This document shows positions 22,301 to 29,686 of a stretch of 64,000 bases of DNA, in pieces (position 1 is the first letter of the stretch; every line of letters begins with the position of its first letter). A program made the translations under genes and the position numbers. The DNA is taken from positions 124,001 to 188,000 of IMG/VR virus record IMGVR_UViG_3300010334_000023; one strand, 5' to 3'. The notes below the pieces were generated by a model. That model saw only the letters and a program-made list of their open reading frames with translations, ran no database searches and was not told where the DNA came from.

Positions 22301-24466
22301 GTAACGGCTGTGCGTGCTGCTCACATAACCATAGTATCTGGCGGTGCAGGTTATGTGCTGGGAGACGTCTTGGTGTTGCAGCCAGACAGCGACACCAGCG
22401 CTATATCATCGCTGGAGCTCACAGTGACCAACGTGATAACTTCTACAGGTACCATAATATCGGCATCCATCACTCAGTCTGGTGCGTACAAGTATCTGCC
22501 AGCAGACACAGTGTTCCTCACCAATGGAAAAGGAACTGGAGCTGAGATCACAGTAGATTGGGGAGTGCGGAGCGTGATCGCTGCTTCTCAGGGTACCTAT
22601 AGCCTCAAGCCAGATCAACCTATCGCACAATCCACCAGCTCTGGTTATGGCCTTGGTGCCACATTTGATGTGCTTTGGAGCGCAGTCAAGTCTACCAACA
22701 CATACACTGCCTCAGGTACACAAAATCAATTTGTCATAGATGTTGCTCCCATCAACAACGATGCCAACCTTCTGTTGGTAACCAGCAATGGTCAGGTACT
22801 CAATGCCAGCAACAGTGACATCACAGTCAATGGCAAGATAGTGACCATCACACCAACACCCACGGCAGGATCTACGGTGAGCATAACCGTGTTCAGCACT
22901 GCAAACTACAGCGTGGTGAACGATCAAGAGATAGTGATACAATATCAAATCTACAGCTATGCGTTGAATGAACCACCAGCCAGCACCCTGCCACCCTATC
23001 TCAGCACCACCGTAGCCTACGATGGTTATTATCTGCGAGGTCCGCAGATGGATGTCTACAGTGCCAGTGGCTATAACAACAGCTTCCCGGTTAGCTTTGT
23101 GCCTCCTGATCCTGCCAATCTGTTGGTATACGTACAGGATTATCTACAGACCTACAATGTTGACTACGTGATCTCTGGCAACAATGTGCTGTTTAATAAC
23201 ATACCTATAGCCAACGAAGTGATAGCTATGGTGGTGGTTGATCCGCTCTACGGATACAATTACCTCATAGGGAACCAAAGGATAGATTTGGTTTATGACC
23301 CACCTGTGAGTTGGAACCAAGGCTATTGGGACAACTATTTTGGATGGGATAGTGAGTATCAGAATCCCACTGCAGGCAGCATCGTCAAGGTAATCACCTA
23401 CAGCGAAGATGTCAGTTATCAGTTCAGGACACAGACTGAGCATGGTCCTTGCTATCCAAATGTTCCGGGTAACACACCTGGTACCTATGTGCTGATAACT
23501 CCGCCATATGACGACAGCACTCTCATGGTATGGCTCTATGATATCATGCAGACTCTGTTGTATGACTATTCCGTGATTACCGTAGATGCCATCCCAGGCT
23601 GGGGCATCACTCCGTGGCAGACCTATGGTTGGCAAACAGAATACCGTGGTGACAAAGCTGTGGTGTTTGCTCCTGGCAAGGCTGTGCTGCCTGGTGATGC
23701 TATCAGCATGCAATACATGACCGCTCTGCCTGAACGTTTGCCAATAGCCTGGCGCACCATAACTACCGGTGATCAGACTACCAGCACAGTGATCAGCGAT
23801 GCCAACAAGACCATATTGCTATCCACTGTATACTCTTACAGCACCAGCATTGAAGTCTTGGATGCCAGCGTGCTTGACCAACCCACTGACACTCAGCCTG
23901 GAACCATCTGGATAGGAGATGAGAGGATCAACTACTGGATGGTAGAACCTGCACCAGTTACGGCCGCATCAAACCGTGCGTTCTTGACACAGCTGATACG
24001 CGGCACCTATAACACTCCTAGTGGCAATGTCTCAGTGGGATATGACACCATATTCTATGATGGCAACGGCACGCAGACTTATTTCCCCACAGCTAGTGGC
24101 ACCCTACCTCCCGGAGGCAACGTGGCAGTGTTCGTGGGCAACCAGATACAGGTCGACTCTGCCATCAACTCCAATGTTGGTACATATATCATAGCAGAGA
24201 ATCCTCAGGGCCAGCGCCCCGGTACCTATGTGGTCTTTGCTAAGCCACCTGCGGTAGGATGGAGGAACGTGCGACTGAGCAGTCCTCGATCAGAGGTACC
24301 TGTGACCAGCCAGATCAGCCATGTGCAGGGCAGCACGGTTTTAGCTGCTGGCGCCGCAGAGACCATACCTGGTGGTTATCAATGGATAGCTGCTCCTAAC
24401 GGGCTGCAGTATGCCTCCTCAAGCCTAGCTAGATTCCTCTTAGAACACAGCGGAACACGCACATAA
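13361..24466 (+). CDS. Giant (3701 aa) baseplate wedge / fibre-platform protein (gp7-like position)
   Basis: Uninterrupted ORF after gp6-like gene; YLNEVKPYHAKIR wedge-type motif; repeated beta-sandwich modules (FGTGNRKVFTL, YDGNGTQTYF and similar); six triple-aromatic motifs. Confidence 0.75.
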   Translation: MVEKRRVISLLPAVNQTDTLTKFFSATVDHLFQPESVEFLSGYIGSKPPYYNAKTDFYVGEPTKSRQDYQLPVSAISANTYSGKVTNIMFYHDFVNSLLFQGAVTANQTRLFEQVYYSWSPPIDPDKLINFTKYYWVPVGPAPILLLNPTNLRQDAVGKPHYTYQGAYQLTGTSEIKVGSLVFSTGLVVTPTSDATGSINGTAYIINNVGRSIQLLTLDGFVDPNWDTRGWDTQGWDGDASIYVKDYTTIGRGPNPSNQWSINNRWFHEDVLLVSGTGTFPPYQTRAARPIIEFDYDLQLYNSGNRGRPSVTLIASDIADVMGTIVGQTSYTINGLELRDGYTLLVTGDADPLVNNRVYQVGGLSTLGVITLTQVGGAPAYGDAILVRYGTVAATQTISYTAPVQYWYDGTAWKRAQQRVPSVAPLFNLYDQYGNALDDPSVYSSSTFAGNSIFTYALDQYAVIDTELGIQIKLDQFGDYVFNNTLVTDTYTYVSDGSVVAIPGFAYYRNNASVAQYNNAWYRSPVPSRQYIVNDFTVNLPTAQFTIDQVPDPHPGPLPSIYVYLIYGGSSHLLVNDVDYTVSANVVTLTVPALSGQRVLVRSWNGTAAPINTVGYYELPLNLTANPDNEQVGNVGYSQFLQQFSSIIGNQPGLIGNALGNNNWRDTSKIRGLGLSILQHKAPMIKPMILSSGNITVGINTVMNHTEPMQAMQYAQNQYVRFYNRFIQSLYTLSANGFTANQQPSEWVSAALRQINLGKTPASPWANSGPDGPKAGYTYLRSTAPTWVPPTGTRLGITKAYIPTVYIQGLDLWIQCHDGARFVMAKDGLPLGSISYGLTSTSDPLLLTDPVAGAWLQFELDLFNNMPDAYSDSQAIMAFDITAYTPGRWRQGNYTRSEFLQVTYPIFDRWVITYQADYRANTTYDVNDPFTWNYSNLRDSDGGLVPGYWQGIYRWYYDTDRPHLAPWEMLGFSQQPPWWTEEYGPAPYTRGNTYMWSDLAAGRIRQGPRAGIYLPGVRPGLLSCIPVDAQGKLLPPTEAGCVVGLPSVAQAAAPWVYGDGSPVESVWIYSNEYTFVTAQYSYLMKPAQFIEYNWDTLRQQTVFADQPTAQTIYIDTDNRRPNNQLYVHRENPSAIGGNLNIPNESTLSYYGSGGVQHWITEYIVGQNLNVTQYFGSIVRGTVAQLAHQAGGFVTSNLYLTVDSFGQIGYTSQIIPSENVKTYLYKSASIRESYYSGVILTQVKDGWRVVGYDAIDQFFTIIPSNKYGSKTTIVVGNDRVYWYKVGVTAAQQISYGTVFNTKQEVFDFLISLQRYQEFQGFMFDQYNSDGNTTLDWLQAGREFLLWSQGNWANGNFIALSPLAIQVKYVQPFGTVQFVNGVVGGTYPVIDKLGQRIDGQNLEVLRYDDTITITATGMQNIYGMRLFANTLESVLVLDNRTSFDDTVYDPLYNLYQPRLRLYAYRTNDWDGRVDAPGFFLYQAGADNQWTLVTNFEKTANDFTKYFNIDQPKNHETIDPVTGNAVIVSTELAAVDNQVISDLSKHQIGYQHRPYLANLLLEESTEFQFYQGFIKQKGTLKAFDAILRNQAIVPPGSHYDYYEEYALRTSRFGSTAINTGIDFIVPQNQYINDPQQIQVFGLQNNDREYNGIITLIPHDPLILVPPISYSSENDPLFPLRTTTVPNYTTDLPTAGYVLIGETTFTAANTAVLSTFWETQNIAGNPIVNGDTVWQFIDNKQTWNVWKFSTANVNIVNTTPSIVTGQPTVINCSGNVGLKTGDLVVLDGISNVTALQGSFYVGNIVGDGRSFTVPVNTFTVGAGGNITAYKSTRFSTTQQRNRYPPLNGWQPGDISYVDVTDYGINGWTVYQYLNNSWIAIRAETYDVDASLMLQAKLYSESQGTVYTYPEYYDPAKGFIPSEARKNLDRISMYDPASYNTGNVDIINLDPMRAWGPEHIGETWWNLSSVRYLDYEISSNAYRWQNWGKIAPGTSVDVYEWVQSPVSPDMWASYVANQQDFTQFGINYTPTGTVYNSSDPAYTQVTAYNANGVSQSLYYFWVAGAITLPLPAGRSVTTVQISKLLTNPNAYGLPWYAAIDARTIVVSGIGRYLSGTDTVLSLLYTHKTNQQIDYKQYDLVRAKDPDSIPEDFFWLKLKDSLTGKDGQDENVPDPYLSDIMRNGTLIRPRQSWFKYRVIAAETYVAEANKLLGTILLVPDINRGSWVNYFYRVQPPPSSDYNVGTLSSMYALGGTIPSGSTITVLAGPDTQNLWKQYQYQFNDGKYLYTELAVQAYNTPNYWYYVDWYLPNSGVTSTTVVNYTVPTDADRTAYQGVNGLLIKVLNRGDGYWAIYEWIGTAATGSWVTVGYQNGTIQISTGVYDGSINTMLFGTTPFDSTGFDIFPHVEFGNIIDGLRYAIFNNPNPAVPGESVYLNQLFFAMIDYVLVEQGFVDWLFKTSFIYLRGFNIPLTTSQLYQPDYGEALLSYLNEVKPYHAKIRQFVNSRSWTDNALISTTDFDNPSNASVTTNIAYSSAAWEQNYLTNPELIRTLKIKMLFDRVSSVARGWDRTSWSSYGWDATSVPSQGAFHRIQTYYAPTADMIRKDDPALIPGADFRGIIMDALGFTFAPGWQLTPWDSPTGWDAGEDAFTAYHDILVQGGIAPEYDKYFGTGNRKVFTLSRIPQDPAHVVVWADSMLAQYGVDWVIPNSVSGLQLVSAGQDYQIGDQLYLEFSPVVAPTNITVTGIDDQGGITAWTINSSGSYDIFTGQAIPVAYQPYSMGAGSGASFSAVWSGNTLVFYTAPSSNASPNVFVLYVGTTFLPAPTGPLDIVNDGNNFIEPYVQSDHPEELYTTKLPWGMRIDTYQQPVGGSPLIYMRIYQLDGKRDHFPLGIAPMDQSAVIAQIDGKMLTYGLENDYVINWTTNTMVFLEAPTGVSLQILTIGVGGSGTGIVSPKVVSYGIGYQPGDVVYLAGGVTVNNDAASVQVTAVRAAHITIVSGGAGYVLGDVLVLQPDSDTSAISSLELTVTNVITSTGTIISASITQSGAYKYLPADTVFLTNGKGTGAEITVDWGVRSVIAASQGTYSLKPDQPIAQSTSSGYGLGATFDVLWSAVKSTNTYTASGTQNQFVIDVAPINNDANLLLVTSNGQVLNASNSDITVNGKIVTITPTPTAGSTVSITVFSTANYSVVNDQEIVIQYQIYSYALNEPPASTLPPYLSTTVAYDGYYLRGPQMDVYSASGYNNSFPVSFVPPDPANLLVYVQDYLQTYNVDYVISGNNVLFNNIPIANEVIAMVVVDPLYGYNYLIGNQRIDLVYDPPVSWNQGYWDNYFGWDSEYQNPTAGSIVKVITYSEDVSYQFRTQTEHGPCYPNVPGNTPGTYVLITPPYDDSTLMVWLYDIMQTLLYDYSVITVDAIPGWGITPWQTYGWQTEYRGDKAVVFAPGKAVLPGDAISMQYMTALPERLPIAWRTITTGDQTTSTVISDANKTILLSTVYSYSTSIEVLDASVLDQPTDTQPGTIWIGDERINYWMVEPAPVTAASNRAFLTQLIRGTYNTPSGNVSVGYDTIFYDGNGTQTYFPTASGTLPPGGNVAVFVGNQIQVDSAINSNVGTYIIAENPQGQRPGTYVVFAKPPAVGWRNVRLSSPRSEVPVTSQISHVQGSTVLAAGAAETIPGGYQWIAAPNGLQYASSSLARFLLEHSGTRT

Positions 24467-24469
24467 ATA
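24462..24469 (+). promoter_or_regulatory. Late promoter CATAAATA overlapping the stop codon of the giant gene
   Basis: TAAATA core ends 5 nt before ATG 24475. Confidence 0.65.
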
Positions 24470-24474
24470 ACACC

Positions 24475-24609
24475 ATGACTGATGAAAACACACGCGATAA
24501 ACAACAAGAAATCACACAGCCAGACGAGGATGGAACCGTGATGGTATATGGTTTCCTTCAGATTAAAGATGCCAAGACTGGTGAAGTCTTGATAAGCACG
24601 AGGTCGTAA
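24475..24609 (+). CDS. Small 44-aa protein missed by the ORF track (MTDENTRDKQQEITQPDEDGTVMVYGFLQIKDAKTGEVLISTRS)
   Basis: Fills the intergenic gap exactly, follows a late promoter, and resembles the N-terminus of the next gene. Confidence 0.75.
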   Translation: MTDENTRDKQQEITQPDEDGTVMVYGFLQIKDAKTGEVLISTRS

Positions 24610-24612
24610 CGC

Positions 24613-25209
24613 ATGCCGATGATTGACCGCAGCGATCAATGGATCCAAGGACACATAGTAATACGCGATTACGTGACCGGGGAAGTTTTAGTCGATAAGT
24701 CTAATGCTATCAACTACGAGAACTTTTCCATCAGTCTAGCACGCACGATCGCTAACAGGCCAGACAGCTGGATACAGGAAATGGTGTTTGGTAATGGCGC
24801 TGCTCAGGTCAGCGAGATAGGAACCATAACCTACCTGCCACCTAACGTGTTGGGGCAGACCGCGGAATTGTATAATCAGACTTATTATCAAGTGGTTGAC
24901 GATCAGAGCCCGTTGGATCTGAATCCCACACAGAACTACATCAGCACTGCGCACATAGACGGAACCTACTACACAGACGTGATAGTTACCTGCCTCTTGG
25001 ATCTGGGTCAACCTGCTGGACAAGAAGCATTTGACACTGCTACAAACATCGGTGGCACCTATGTTTTCAATGAACTTGGCCTAAAAGCTTACAGCGCCAA
25101 CGGTCCAAACACTGGACGATTGCTAACACATGTGGTATTCAGTCCAGTGCAAAAGAGTTTGAATAGGCAGATCCAGATAGTATATACTATAAGGATACAG
25201 ACGGTATGA
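24613..25209 (+). CDS. Baseplate / tail-fibre attachment structural protein
   Basis: VFNELGLK...LLTHVVFSPVQKSLNRQIQIVYTI motif; position in the structural operon. Confidence 0.6.
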   Translation: MPMIDRSDQWIQGHIVIRDYVTGEVLVDKSNAINYENFSISLARTIANRPDSWIQEMVFGNGAAQVSEIGTITYLPPNVLGQTAELYNQTYYQVVDDQSPLDLNPTQNYISTAHIDGTYYTDVIVTCLLDLGQPAGQEAFDTATNIGGTYVFNELGLKAYSANGPNTGRLLTHVVFSPVQKSLNRQIQIVYTIRIQTV

Positions 25210-25252
25210 TCTACGGTGCTAAATATGCTTACAATCATGGCAGGTGAACGAA

Positions 25253-26020
25253 ATGTCAGAGAACATTTATCAATTTAATGGTACGCTGTTGGTCAGCGTG
25301 CCGGATGGTGCGCTGAACACAAGCGCTGCACCAATCGCATTCCCGGGTAGAGGATACACTAGCTATGGTGCGCCAGTGCTGCAGAATACCCTGTGGACCA
25401 TGCAGAACTTTGCTGGCACGGTAGCTCCAACTCCGCTGCTCCAGGGCGTGGAATGGTACAACAGCAACACCAACGAGCTGCAGGTATACACTGGCAGCAC
25501 ATGGTCAGTGCTGTTCAAGGACAATCAAGATAACATGCCAGCTGCCAATAACTCATACGATCTCGGATCAAGCAGCAAGAAGTTTGCTGCTGTATACGCA
25601 ACCACTTTCAACGGCACTGCCACGCAGGCACTGTATGCTGACGTGGCAGAGCGCTACGCAGCTGATGCTGTGTTGGAAGTAGGTGATGTTGTTAGGCTTG
25701 GAGGAGAAGCTGAGATAACCCTGACCACAGTTGACTGTGATACCAACGTGTTTGGTGTCATATCAGACAAGCCAGCCTACAAGATGAACAGCGACGCTGG
25801 TACAGATAAGACACATCCATATGTGGCACTGCTGGGACGTACTCCCTGCAAGGTAGTAGGGCGCACAGCCAAAGGTGATCGCTTGGTAGCCAGCAGCATC
25901 CCAGGTGTGGCACGCGCAGCAGATGGTGGTGAGGATCCTCACAGCATCGTTGGACGTGCGCTAGCAGCCAAAGAAACCGAAGAAGTTGGTTTGGTAGAGA
26001 TAGTAATAGGACGAAGCTGA
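25253..26020 (+). CDS. Short tail-fibre-like protein with C-terminal intramolecular-chaperone-like domain
   Basis: ALYADVAERY...VFGVIS...VALLGRTPCKVVG...KGDRLVAS motif; CTAAATA at 25219-25225. Confidence 0.65.
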   Translation: MSENIYQFNGTLLVSVPDGALNTSAAPIAFPGRGYTSYGAPVLQNTLWTMQNFAGTVAPTPLLQGVEWYNSNTNELQVYTGSTWSVLFKDNQDNMPAANNSYDLGSSSKKFAAVYATTFNGTATQALYADVAERYAADAVLEVGDVVRLGGEAEITLTTVDCDTNVFGVISDKPAYKMNSDAGTDKTHPYVALLGRTPCKVVGRTAKGDRLVASSIPGVARAADGGEDPHSIVGRALAAKETEEVGLVEIVIGRS

Positions 26021-26021
26021 T

Positions 26022-26972
26022 ATGACCTATGTCGCTGGTGGACTGATACAAGCAGCTGATTTTGACGGCTTCTCTGGACCTTTACCGCCCTCACAGGCCT
26101 ATACCAGCCCATCAGCAGCAGCTGATCACATGGCAGCGCTGATTGGCGTAGGCTATGGCGACAGAGGTTATGGTCAGACCAGCACCACTCTGCCAGCTGT
26201 GACAGCGGGACAGATAATCTCGGCTGCGACATGGAATAATCTCTTGAACACCATGGGAACCAGCAACACTCATCAAGGCAGTGGCTTAACCCTGCAGCCA
26301 ACCGTTGCTACAGGCGGTAGGATCATCGCACAGGATGGTAACAATGGCACTGTTAGCATAAGCTCTCTGATCAACACTCTGGACAGCAACAGGCTCAATG
26401 CCAATGTAACCGAAATGACGGTCAGCAGCGTGCTGATCAGCAGCACTAGCACACCATGGGGCGGCGTGATAAATCACGTTTTCACGGTTAATTTTGGCAC
26501 CGAGGATGCGGCTAGGTACTTCTTCAACAGCGGCGGACAGATAAGGTTAAGTGGCGCAAACGTTGGCGGCACCACCCCGGATGCGGCTAGCTGGGCATCA
26601 CTGCTGAGCCAGATGGGAACCATCAAGTTTGGAGCTACTACCACTACCTACACCGGGTCTGGTGGTACTGTGGCCAGCATAGGTTACTATGGAATGACTG
26701 GCAGCAACCAACAGCTGTTCATACACTATGGATCTGGCACGCACTATGCTGGTAATTATTATGCCATACAGGCCTATCGCAGCAGCTACACGGGAGCCAA
26801 TGGCGGCAATGGCAGCCTTTTAACCTTCACTGCTACCTTCAACAACACATCGGGCTATTATTATCATGGTAGCACGGTCAATGGTACTACCACTAGCTAC
26901 GTAGACCAATACAAGGCCACTGGTGTGCTGAGCATCCAGAATCCAAACTTCACGACCACAACACCCCTCTGA
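26022..26972 (+). CDS. Virion structural protein (tail-associated, G/T/S-rich)
   Basis: GYGQT and ARYFFNSGGQIR segments; composition and position at the end of the structural operon. Confidence 0.55.
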   Translation: MTYVAGGLIQAADFDGFSGPLPPSQAYTSPSAAADHMAALIGVGYGDRGYGQTSTTLPAVTAGQIISAATWNNLLNTMGTSNTHQGSGLTLQPTVATGGRIIAQDGNNGTVSISSLINTLDSNRLNANVTEMTVSSVLISSTSTPWGGVINHVFTVNFGTEDAARYFFNSGGQIRLSGANVGGTTPDAASWASLLSQMGTIKFGATTTTYTGSGGTVASIGYYGMTGSNQQLFIHYGSGTHYAGNYYAIQAYRSSYTGANGGNGSLLTFTATFNNTSGYYYHGSTVNGTTTSYVDQYKATGVLSIQNPNFTTTTPL

Positions 26973-26976
26973 TATC

Positions 26977-27005
26977 TTGACACTGTGAGCATTTGCAGCC
27001 ACAAT
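26977..27005 (+). promoter_or_regulatory. Sigma70-type promoter TTGACA-N17-CACAAT for the glycosyltransferase operon
   Basis: Consensus -35, 17-nt spacer, intergenic; GGAG RBS and ATG 27032 downstream. Confidence 0.55.
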
Positions 27006-27031
27006 CGCTAGATAAGCGATTGGAGATCAGC

Positions 27032-27388
27032 ATGGATGAAAGACTAGAGAAAGCCCTGGAATTCAGCAGGTATCGTATCAGCCTTTTCAATCGCAAAGAA
27101 GACCTCAAACTGAGGCTCAAGAACATGCTGCTTCATGCCACAGACGGTGGTATCTTCACCATTGATCAACAGCTCATCACCTTCGTAGAGATGTTGGTCA
27201 GCAAGGGTAGGATGCAGGCTGTGCTGCTTGATGACAACGGTAATCCGATTGAAATCGCTGATCTAGCTCAGTTTGCTGACGACATAATTGGCAAGTATTT
27301 TGAATCGACCAATCTCTATTATGCGGAATATGCCAAGCTTCGCAGTGCCCGCACGGTAAAGAGCATATACGAGTTCGTTGATGACTGA
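27032..27388 (+). CDS. Hypothetical phage protein, first gene of the GT operon
   Basis: GGAG RBS before ATG 27032; overlaps the next gene. Confidence 0.7.
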   Translation: MDERLEKALEFSRYRISLFNRKEDLKLRLKNMLLHATDGGIFTIDQQLITFVEMLVSKGRMQAVLLDDNGNPIEIADLAQFADDIIGKYFESTNLYYAEYAKLRSARTVKSIYEFVDD

Positions 27389-28289
27389 TTATCCCAGAGA
27401 ATTTAGGCTGGATCGCGGTTTCGTGATGTTTGCCTACAACAACTCCAACATAGACTACGCATCGCTGGCATTGGTAAATGCTCTGCTGATCAAGAAAAAC
27501 CTCAAGACCAATGCCGTGGCCCTGATAGCAGATCACAATGCTGTGTATCACCTGGAGTCGCTATACAACACTGAAGTCATCAGCAGGGCTTTTGATCGCA
27601 TCATCATTGACGAGCCCACGGACATCAATGTTGGCAAGCGCAGGTTCCATGATACTAGGTACACAGCGTTTACCGACGGCTATCGCAACACCAATCGCGC
27701 CAGTGTCTATGATTTAAGCCCTTTTGAAGAGACCATGCTGATAGACAGTGACTATCTCATGCTTGACTCTAGCTTTGACATGGTCTGGGGCAGTGTCGAG
27801 GGCATGATGTGCAATAGGCACACCAGAGACTTGGACCACGGTGTAGACAAGTTTGGCTTTGACAATCGCTTCAACGATATGAGCATACCGCTCTATTGGG
27901 CTACAGCAGTCTATTTCCGCAAGACTGACAGGAGCAGGTTGATATTTGAGCTTATGAACTTCATCAAGGAGAACTATGCCTATTATCAGTATCTCTATAG
28001 GTTCAATCACAGCGGCTACTTCCGCAATGACTATGCTCTGAGCATGGCACTGCACATGACCAACAATCTCATTGAGCATGACAACATATCAGCACTGCCA
28101 GTTGACCACATCATGTTCAGCATGGAAAACGATGAGATGCACGGTTTCAAGGATGGATGTTGCTTGATGACCAGTGAGCCCACGCAGGGTGATTTCCGTA
28201 TCCATAACGTTGACTACAACGTGCATGTGATGAACAAACGTGCTATACTGCGACTCAAGGATGACTTCATTGCCTACGCTCTCAGCTGA
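27381..28289 (+). CDS. GT-A fold glycosyltransferase (GT8-like)
   Basis: DxD motif in SPFEETMLIDSDY; YWATAVYFRK and FRNDYA; paralogous to the next gene. Confidence 0.7.
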   Translation: MTDYPREFRLDRGFVMFAYNNSNIDYASLALVNALLIKKNLKTNAVALIADHNAVYHLESLYNTEVISRAFDRIIIDEPTDINVGKRRFHDTRYTAFTDGYRNTNRASVYDLSPFEETMLIDSDYLMLDSSFDMVWGSVEGMMCNRHTRDLDHGVDKFGFDNRFNDMSIPLYWATAVYFRKTDRSRLIFELMNFIKENYAYYQYLYRFNHSGYFRNDYALSMALHMTNNLIEHDNISALPVDHIMFSMENDEMHGFKDGCCLMTSEPTQGDFRIHNVDYNVHVMNKRAILRLKDDFIAYALS

Positions 28290-29151
28290 CATCAACCATA
28301 GACCTCGCGGTTTCTTTACCTTCGCGCAGAACAACGAACGCACGGATTATCTGCGCATGGCCTATGCACTAGCCCTGAGCCTCAAGGTGTCGCAGCAGAG
28401 TGTGCCCTATCTCACTGTTGGCATAACGCCTGGCATGACAGTTCCAGATCAATATGCTTGGGCCTTTGACAATATCATAGAGATTCCTTGGGGAGACCAT
28501 GCGGCAGACAGCAGCTGGAAGCTGGAGAACGAGTGGAAGTCCATATACATGACGCCCTATGAAGAGACTATCAAGCTGGACTGTGACATGCTGTTTTTCA
28601 CAGATCTCGGTAGGATCTGGGATCAGCTGAGCCAAAGAGATTTCGTGATATGTAACCAAGTGTTGAACTACAAGTCAGACGTAATAACCAGCGACGTCTA
28701 TCGCAAGGTATTCACAGACAACCAGCTACCAAATGTCTACACGGCATTCATGTATTTCAAGAAGACCACAGAGACACATGAGATATTTGACTTAGCTAAG
28801 TTCGTTTTCAGGAACTGGGAAACCATGTTCCTGGAGACCATGAAACCAGAAAATCGGCCTAACTATGTCAGCACTGACGTGGTTTTTGCTCTGGTGCTCA
28901 AGCTGTTGGACCTGGACCAACACTGCTATACAGCACGAGCAATACCTACCTTCACGCACATGAAGAGCCAACTGCAGGGATGGGGCACAGGTATCACAGA
29001 AGACTGGACCAAGCACATGCCAGTGTTTTTCAATCCTAGATTGGAATGCAAGATAGGAAATCATCTGCAGTTCCATCCACTGCACTACCATATCAAGGGA
29101 TTCGTAACCGACGAGATATTGGAATATTATGAGCGAGCAGCAGGAAGATAA
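28261..29151 (+). CDS. GT-A fold glycosyltransferase (GT8-like)
   Basis: TPYEETIKLDCDM (DxD), VYTAFMYFKK, STDVVFA, FTHMK; exact start uncertain (28240 or 28261). Confidence 0.7.
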   Translation: MTSLPTLSADINHRPRGFFTFAQNNERTDYLRMAYALALSLKVSQQSVPYLTVGITPGMTVPDQYAWAFDNIIEIPWGDHAADSSWKLENEWKSIYMTPYEETIKLDCDMLFFTDLGRIWDQLSQRDFVICNQVLNYKSDVITSDVYRKVFTDNQLPNVYTAFMYFKKTTETHEIFDLAKFVFRNWETMFLETMKPENRPNYVSTDVVFALVLKLLDLDQHCYTARAIPTFTHMKSQLQGWGTGITEDWTKHMPVFFNPRLECKIGNHLQFHPLHYHIKGFVTDEILEYYERAAGR

Positions 29152-29686
29152 ACAGGCCTGGGTTTGGTATGACAGGGTTACCCTGCAGCTGAAGCATGTG
29201 AGCTTCAATCTGAATGGTCACCAAGGCAATGATCTGGAAAAGATGCCGATGCACTATGACAGCGCATTGGACATCGCCAACGGCAAGAGCAGGCTTTTTG
29301 AATACGAGCTGGTTGATGCGCAGGGAGAGCTAACTGTGCGTTACAAGAGGCACAAGATTCCTTTCAAGAAGTTCTGGCAACTGGTTGATCTCAATATAGA
29401 GAACAAGTTTGATGGATATTTCAACGACGCTGAATCTGCTCGCAGTCCAGTGCAGATATCAGATCTTTCTCCTGCTGGCTTTACCGTTGGTGTGCGTGAT
29501 ATGGTACGCAACATAGTGTTCTATATCACCATGAAGAACGATCCAAACTATCTCATCAAAAAGATCGATCTCTATCCACTTGCCGAGGATGCTGCTAGCA
29601 CCACTGGTATCTTCGTGCCAGTTGATCTTGATGAGCCGTATAGCATATATGTGAAGTATGACGAAGTGAGGTACGATGCTACATGA
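29129..29686 (+). CDS. Hypothetical protein within the GT operon
   Basis: Intact ORF overlapping both neighbours. Confidence 0.6.
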   Translation: MSEQQEDKQAWVWYDRVTLQLKHVSFNLNGHQGNDLEKMPMHYDSALDIANGKSRLFEYELVDAQGELTVRYKRHKIPFKKFWQLVDLNIENKFDGYFNDAESARSPVQISDLSPAGFTVGVRDMVRNIVFYITMKNDPNYLIKKIDLYPLAEDAASTTGIFVPVDLDEPYSIYVKYDEVRYDAT

